Shown here one piece after another: positions 24,567-29,035 of a stretch of DNA of 29,035 bases. The DNA lies in the IMG/VR virus record IMGVR_UViG_3300005805_000335, positions 1 to 29,035 of that record; one strand, written 5' to 3'. Position 1 is the stretch's first letter; the number at the start of each line of letters is the position of its first letter. The DNA comes from a virus (taxonomy: Duplodnaviria > Caudoviricetes). The position numbers and the translations under genes were made by a program. Under the pieces are notes generated by a model. It was given only the letters and a program-made list of their open reading frames with translations. It did no database searches and was not told the origin of the DNA.

Positions 24567-27016
24567 TGGCCATAGCCGATTACTTCCAAAAGCTATTTGG
24601 TCGTAACAATCAAGCACTACCAAGCCCTAACGGCACGCAAGTCGGAGGGCGAATTGGCTATCCCTCAAAAGCTGGTTACCTTGCCAACGTCGAGCACGGA
24701 TTCAATCGCAACCCAGTCGTGGCAGCTTGCGTGGGTGTTTACGCATCTACGCTTAATGAGCCGCCTTTGGCTGCTATGTACGACGATGGTACGATCAACA
24801 GGAACCATCCCGTCAGTCTGCTATTTCGCAAGCCGAACCCACGTATGGGTCAAGCTGAATTCTGGCAGATCGTCTGGACATACCTAGCGATAGGAGGCAA
24901 TGCCTATATCGTGAAGGTACGCTCGGCAATGGGCAACATCGTTGAGCTATACCCGTACTCGGATGCTCACGTTGCGCCGCTGCTGAATGATCTGGGCTGG
25001 GTCTACGCTTACCGCTACCAGTCAGGCAACATAACGCAGGACTGGCCAGCCGAAGATGTGATCCACATCCAGAATCCAGCGTACCGCGATCCGGTCAACA
25101 TGCACAAGGGCATAAGCCCTATCAGCGTTGCGTGGGATAAGATCAATACATACAACGAGCTGCAAGCTACGATCTATTCGCTTGTGGCTTCTAATGCTAT
25201 CCCGAGCGGCATCTTATCAGCTCCGGGCGATGTTCCTATTTCACAGGTCGAATCTTTGCGGGCGCAATTGCGTAAACGCAAGGATGCCAACGGCAAAGAT
25301 CGCACGGATGCGATTGTGCTCGGGAACGGGATGTCATACCAGCAAATGGGCCTAGATGCCCAGAAGCTGCAAGCGATTGAGACAACGCAGGAACTTGAGA
25401 CGGCTATCTGCGGTGCATTTCGCATTCATCCAGCCGTTGTATTGACAAGCGCGGGCCTTGCACGCAGCACATACAACAACCTAGCTAGTGCTTACCAAGA
25501 ATATACTACTTTGACCCGTGTTCCGTTCTGGAATGCACTCGAAGAGCAGCTCGAATCGGGACTCCGCAAGGAATTTCCAGATGTTCAGCTTGCTTTTGAT
25601 ACGTCAGAGGTGCAGGCACTACAACCAGACGCTGCAACGGTAGAAGCGCAGACATTGCAGCAGTTCACGGCTAACATTATCACGCTAAACGAGGCACGCG
25701 CAACGCTTAAGTATGAAGATGTCGAGAACGGCGATGTATTCGCATACGAGCAGCAGCCAGCGGGCGGCTTTGGTGCGTTTAGCGCTGATGAGCCAGAGGC
25801 AAAGCAGCTAAAAGCCCCTTACGATGAGATCGACTTTAGCCCTCCGCAAGGTGTGCGCGATGAAGCAGCCAAGGGCCTTGAATGGCGCGAAGAATACGGA
25901 CGCGGCGGAACAGAGGTAGGTGTTGCACGTGCTCGTGATCTGTCGAACGGTCGCAACGTATCGCCCGATACAGCACGTCGTATGGCTTCCTACTTTGCAC
26001 GCCATGAAGTAGACAAGCAGGGGGAAGGATGGCAACCAGATCAGGACGGCTTTCCCAGCGCAGGGCGCATAGCTTGGGCATTGTGGGGCGGTGATGCTGG
26101 CCAGACGTGGGCAAACAAGCTAGTCGGCCAGATGGGGAACGAAGACGAGCGCGAAGGCAGAGCATCCGCACCAGTACAGAACGCTGACCCAATCGAAAGC
26201 GTTGAAGGCCGCAAGGTAAAGTGGCACGAGCCGGAAGCGGTAAAATACTGGCAGAAGCAGGAGGACGTGGTACTAAAGGCGCTTGCACCTACACAGAAAG
26301 ACGTTGCCGACATGATGAAGCGTGTCGAGCGTGCTGTCATGAAACAGGTAAAGTCTAATCGTTTTGTTGGCGTCAACAAAATGGTCAAAGCCCCGCAGGA
26401 TGCTATCAACATCGCAGAGCTTGTTAAGCAGTTCATGGTAGCTAACCGCGAGACGCAGGACGTTCTACGCACTCGCATAATCGAGCTAACACTAGAAAGC
26501 GTGGGTGGTGATCTAACACAGGTGCAGAGCTTTACCGACCAAATCCGCGATGAGCAGATTCGCAAGATGACGGAGAGCATGACCGAATCGCTGAAGACTA
26601 CACGTAAGGATGTGGCAAAGGTACTAGAAGCTAATGCAGGGCAGCCGGTCGATGTAGTGCAGGCGGCATTGCAGAAGAAGTTCACAGAGCTAACCACGTC
26701 CCGCGCAAAGATGATAGCAACGACTACCTGCAAAGCGCAGGCAAGCGTGGTGCAGAACCAGACCGTTAAGCGTGTTAATACTAGAGAGCAAGACCCAAAG
26801 CGCAAGGTAGTGCAAGTATGGCTATCACAACGGGATGATGATGTGCGTCAGACCCATGTAGATTTAGACGGCGAATGGATCGAAGAAGGTGAGACGTTTG
26901 ACCAGTTCGTACCGGGTGCAGGCGAAGGCCCCGGACTGGGCGAACCAGAAGAAGCAATTAACTGTAGATGCACATTGCGTCCAGTTCGTAGATCACGAGT
27001 ACCGGATAGAGACTAA
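24566..27016 (+). CDS. HK97-type portal fused to an uncharacterised domain and a Mu gpF / SPP1 gp7-like minor head domain
   Basis: Portal motifs (NPVVAACV, PNPRM, GNAY, EDVIHI, GISPI, ICGAFRI, ITLNEARA) in aa 1-400; C-terminal 'W...DD.VR.TH...G...INCRC'. Confidence 0.9.
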   Translation: MAIADYFQKLFGRNNQALPSPNGTQVGGRIGYPSKAGYLANVEHGFNRNPVVAACVGVYASTLNEPPLAAMYDDGTINRNHPVSLLFRKPNPRMGQAEFWQIVWTYLAIGGNAYIVKVRSAMGNIVELYPYSDAHVAPLLNDLGWVYAYRYQSGNITQDWPAEDVIHIQNPAYRDPVNMHKGISPISVAWDKINTYNELQATIYSLVASNAIPSGILSAPGDVPISQVESLRAQLRKRKDANGKDRTDAIVLGNGMSYQQMGLDAQKLQAIETTQELETAICGAFRIHPAVVLTSAGLARSTYNNLASAYQEYTTLTRVPFWNALEEQLESGLRKEFPDVQLAFDTSEVQALQPDAATVEAQTLQQFTANIITLNEARATLKYEDVENGDVFAYEQQPAGGFGAFSADEPEAKQLKAPYDEIDFSPPQGVRDEAAKGLEWREEYGRGGTEVGVARARDLSNGRNVSPDTARRMASYFARHEVDKQGEGWQPDQDGFPSAGRIAWALWGGDAGQTWANKLVGQMGNEDEREGRASAPVQNADPIESVEGRKVKWHEPEAVKYWQKQEDVVLKALAPTQKDVADMMKRVERAVMKQVKSNRFVGVNKMVKAPQDAINIAELVKQFMVANRETQDVLRTRIIELTLESVGGDLTQVQSFTDQIRDEQIRKMTESMTESLKTTRKDVAKVLEANAGQPVDVVQAALQKKFTELTTSRAKMIATTTCKAQASVVQNQTVKRVNTREQDPKRKVVQVWLSQRDDDVRQTHVDLDGEWIEEGETFDQFVPGAGEGPGLGEPEEAINCRCTLRPVRRSRVPDRD

Positions 27017-27777
27017 TGAAGTACAAGAACATACCAGTAGAATTTAAAGCCGATGAAGAGGGCAGCGTCGAAGCGTTTGTAAGCGTCTTCGGCAATGTCG
27101 ATTCATACGGCGATCGCGTTATCTATGGCGCATTCAAGGAAAGCATAGAGGCCAAGCTACCCAAGATGGTATGGCAGCACGATATGCAGCGCCCGATTGG
27201 TAAGACGGTGCTAGCAGAAGAGATACCAGCAGGCGATTCACGTTTGCCAGAGCGTCTACGTGATAACGGTGCGCTGTACGTGAAGGGCCTGTTTAACCTT
27301 AACACGACCGACGGCAAAGACGCATATGAACATATCAAGTTCGGCAGCGTCGATGAGTACAGCTTTGGTTATGAAGAGGTTGAGACAACACCGCTCGCTG
27401 ATGGTACAAAAGAACTTAACAAACTAAACATTATCGAATGGTCGCCGGTTACGGTAGGGGCAAACCCAATGACCATGACATCCAATGTAAAAGCTATGAC
27501 ACTCGAAGAAAAGCTGGATGTAGCGGCTACGCTTATCAAGCAATCAGAAGAGCACGCCAAGGCATACGCAGATATGCGTAGTAAAGCGGGGCGTGTGCTC
27601 AACTCTCGCATCCGAGGCATGATCCTTTCACTTGCCGATCAACTGAAAGACGTGTCGAAAAATCTGTATCAGCTTCATGCCGAGACAGACCCAATACCAA
27701 AGGCAGACGATAAGGAGATCAAGCGCAAGCAGCTCCTATCGCTTATGCAAACAATCAACACAATGGAGATAATCTAA
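27016..27777 (+). CDS. HK97-family prohead protease
   Basis: 'SVFGNVDSYGD...GAF', 'WQHD..RPIG', 'SFGY' and 'EWSPVTVGANP'. Confidence 0.93.
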   Translation: MKYKNIPVEFKADEEGSVEAFVSVFGNVDSYGDRVIYGAFKESIEAKLPKMVWQHDMQRPIGKTVLAEEIPAGDSRLPERLRDNGALYVKGLFNLNTTDGKDAYEHIKFGSVDEYSFGYEEVETTPLADGTKELNKLNIIEWSPVTVGANPMTMTSNVKAMTLEEKLDVAATLIKQSEEHAKAYADMRSKAGRVLNSRIRGMILSLADQLKDVSKNLYQLHAETDPIPKADDKEIKRKQLLSLMQTINTMEII

Positions 27778-29035
27778 TGACGTGGGAAGAAATCCTAGCC
27801 GCTTTGGATGCTGTTCTCGCTGGTACGTTTGAAACACCAGAAGCAATGGCAGCCGAAGTAGCAACAATCCGCGAGCAGATCGCGGCGCTTCTAGCAGAAG
27901 CATCGACAGAAGAAGCCGAGATGGAAGAAGTATCGGCAGCAGTAGAAGGCGCAGCAAAGGCACAAGCAAAGCTCGCTCGCATCATGACAATCATTCAACA
28001 AAAGAAGGCGCTTAACGATATGAAGACAAAGAACGCTTCAGATCTTAACGCACTCAAGACAGCAGCTCCAGTACCTTCTGGCTTTGTTGTTCCAGAAGGC
28101 GCAAAGATCACGGGCCAGCACTACCGCGGCAAGGCATTCAAGCAGTTCGGCACAGAAGCAGGAGCAGCAGCATACAAGGCAGGACGCCAGATCGCTGCTT
28201 ATCTTGGCGATGCTAACTCGGCTCAATGGTGTAAGGATAACGGCGTACCAATGCAGAAGACAATGGCAACAACGAGCAACTCGCTCGGTGGTTTGACTGT
28301 TGTTGATGAGCTTGACCAAGCTATCCTGTACTACCGTGAAGAGCGCGGCGTAGCTCGTGGTATCATGGACGTAGTATCTATGAACAGCGAAACACGCACG
28401 GTCAATCGCAACGTAGGCGGAACGACTGTATACGCACTTGGTGAAGGCCAGAGCTATACAGCATCAGATGTTCAGTTCAGCGGTGTACAACTCACAGCCA
28501 AGAAGTTCGGTGCTCTCACACAAAACACGATTGAACTCGGCGAAGATTCATACGCAGCAATCGCAGAAGAGATCGCAAAGGATCACGGTTATGCTCACGC
28601 TGTACAGGAAGACAAGGTAGCTTTCTTGGGCGATGGTACTTCAACGTACAACGGCCTTGTAGGTCTGACCGAGTCTTTCAAGAAGCTCGTAACAGATGCA
28701 GGCGGTACGTGGACAACAGATGCGAACAAGGTATACGCAGCGGGCGTACAGGTAGCAACAGGCGCAACGCTTGCTTCTATCACGCTCTCCGACATCATCA
28801 AGACGCAGGCAAAGGTTGCCACATTCCCCGGAATGAATAACCGCTTCTACGTTCCATCGCAAGTATGGTACGGCACGATCGTTCCTCTGATCCAAGCAGT
28901 AGGTGGTAACACATCAACACAGATCGTAGACGGCGTGACACGTCAGTTCTTTAACGGCGCTGAAGTTGTCTTCACAGACGAGCTTTACACGCCGCTGCTT
29001 TCAGCAGAGAACAGCCAGTTCGTACTGTTCTATGG
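27777..29035 (+). CDS. HK97-fold major capsid protein with N-terminal scaffold (delta) domain; truncated by window end and absent from the ORF track
   Basis: Read by hand from the TAATG overlap: MTWEEILAALDAV..., 'MATTSNSLGGLTVVDEL', 'LGEG..YTASDVQFSGVQLTAKKFG', 'EDKVAFLGDGT'. Confidence 0.92.
   Translation, partial: MTWEEILAALDAVLAGTFETPEAMAAEVATIREQIAALLAEASTEEAEMEEVSAAVEGAAKAQAKLARIMTIIQQKKALNDMKTKNASDLNALKTAAPVPSGFVVPEGAKITGQHYRGKAFKQFGTEAGAAAYKAGRQIAAYLGDANSAQWCKDNGVPMQKTMATTSNSLGGLTVVDELDQAILYYREERGVARGIMDVVSMNSETRTVNRNVGGTTVYALGEGQSYTASDVQFSGVQLTAKKFGALTQNTIELGEDSYAAIAEEIAKDHGYAHAVQEDKVAFLGDGTSTYNGLVGLTESFKKLVTDAGGTWTTDANKVYAAGVQVATGATLASITLSDIIKTQAKVATFPGMNNRFYVPSQVWYGTIVPLIQAVGGNTSTQIVDGVTRQFFNGAEVVFTDELYTPLLSAENSQFVLFY

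Larger units (their letters stand above)
1..29035 (+). mobile_element. Tailed dsDNA bacteriophage (siphovirus-like, HK97-type head), near-complete circularly permuted genome
   Basis: Contiguous head, neck, tail, lysis, recombination, replication and packaging modules with no host genes. The window begins with neck genes and ends inside the capsid gene that normally precedes them. Confidence 0.95.

Noticed and set aside
26041-26805. 254 aa minus-strand ORF
   Set aside because: Antisense shadow of the portal/MuF gene; Ser/Cys-rich, non-protein-like composition.

Overview
The window is almost certainly most of a circularly permuted tailed-phage (siphovirus-type) genome of roughly 30 kb. It starts just after a capsid region and ends inside an HK97-fold major capsid gene, and every credible gene lies on the + strand. 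Gene order: head-tail joining genes, a GT2 glycosyltransferase, tail tube, tail chaperones, tape measure and tail tip genes; a metallophosphoesterase / HEXXH / TIGR02594-type lysin block; a terminator plus a Bacteroidota-type promoter; small early genes with Gp157, an ssDNA-annealing protein, DUF3127, a VRR-NUC-like nuclease and a small-molecule methyltransferase; an initiator with an internal iteron origin, a DnaA domain IV protein and an orphan DNA methyltransferase; then terminase, portal, protease and capsid. No integrase, CI-type repressor, tRNA or CRISPR array was seen. The most interesting signals are: (1) a protein-modifying-type glycosyltransferase directly upstream of a very Ser/Thr-rich tail tube gene, suggesting virion glycosylation; (2) a tail chaperone locus with an apparent +1 frameshift at UUU-CGC and a duplicated chaperone paralog; (3) a terminator loop complementary to a GGACACA motif shared by the ribosome-binding regions of those genes; (4) a three-part portal fusion; (5) an Arc-like gene overprinted on another ORF. 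All product calls come from motif recognition by eye and from synteny; no searches were run.
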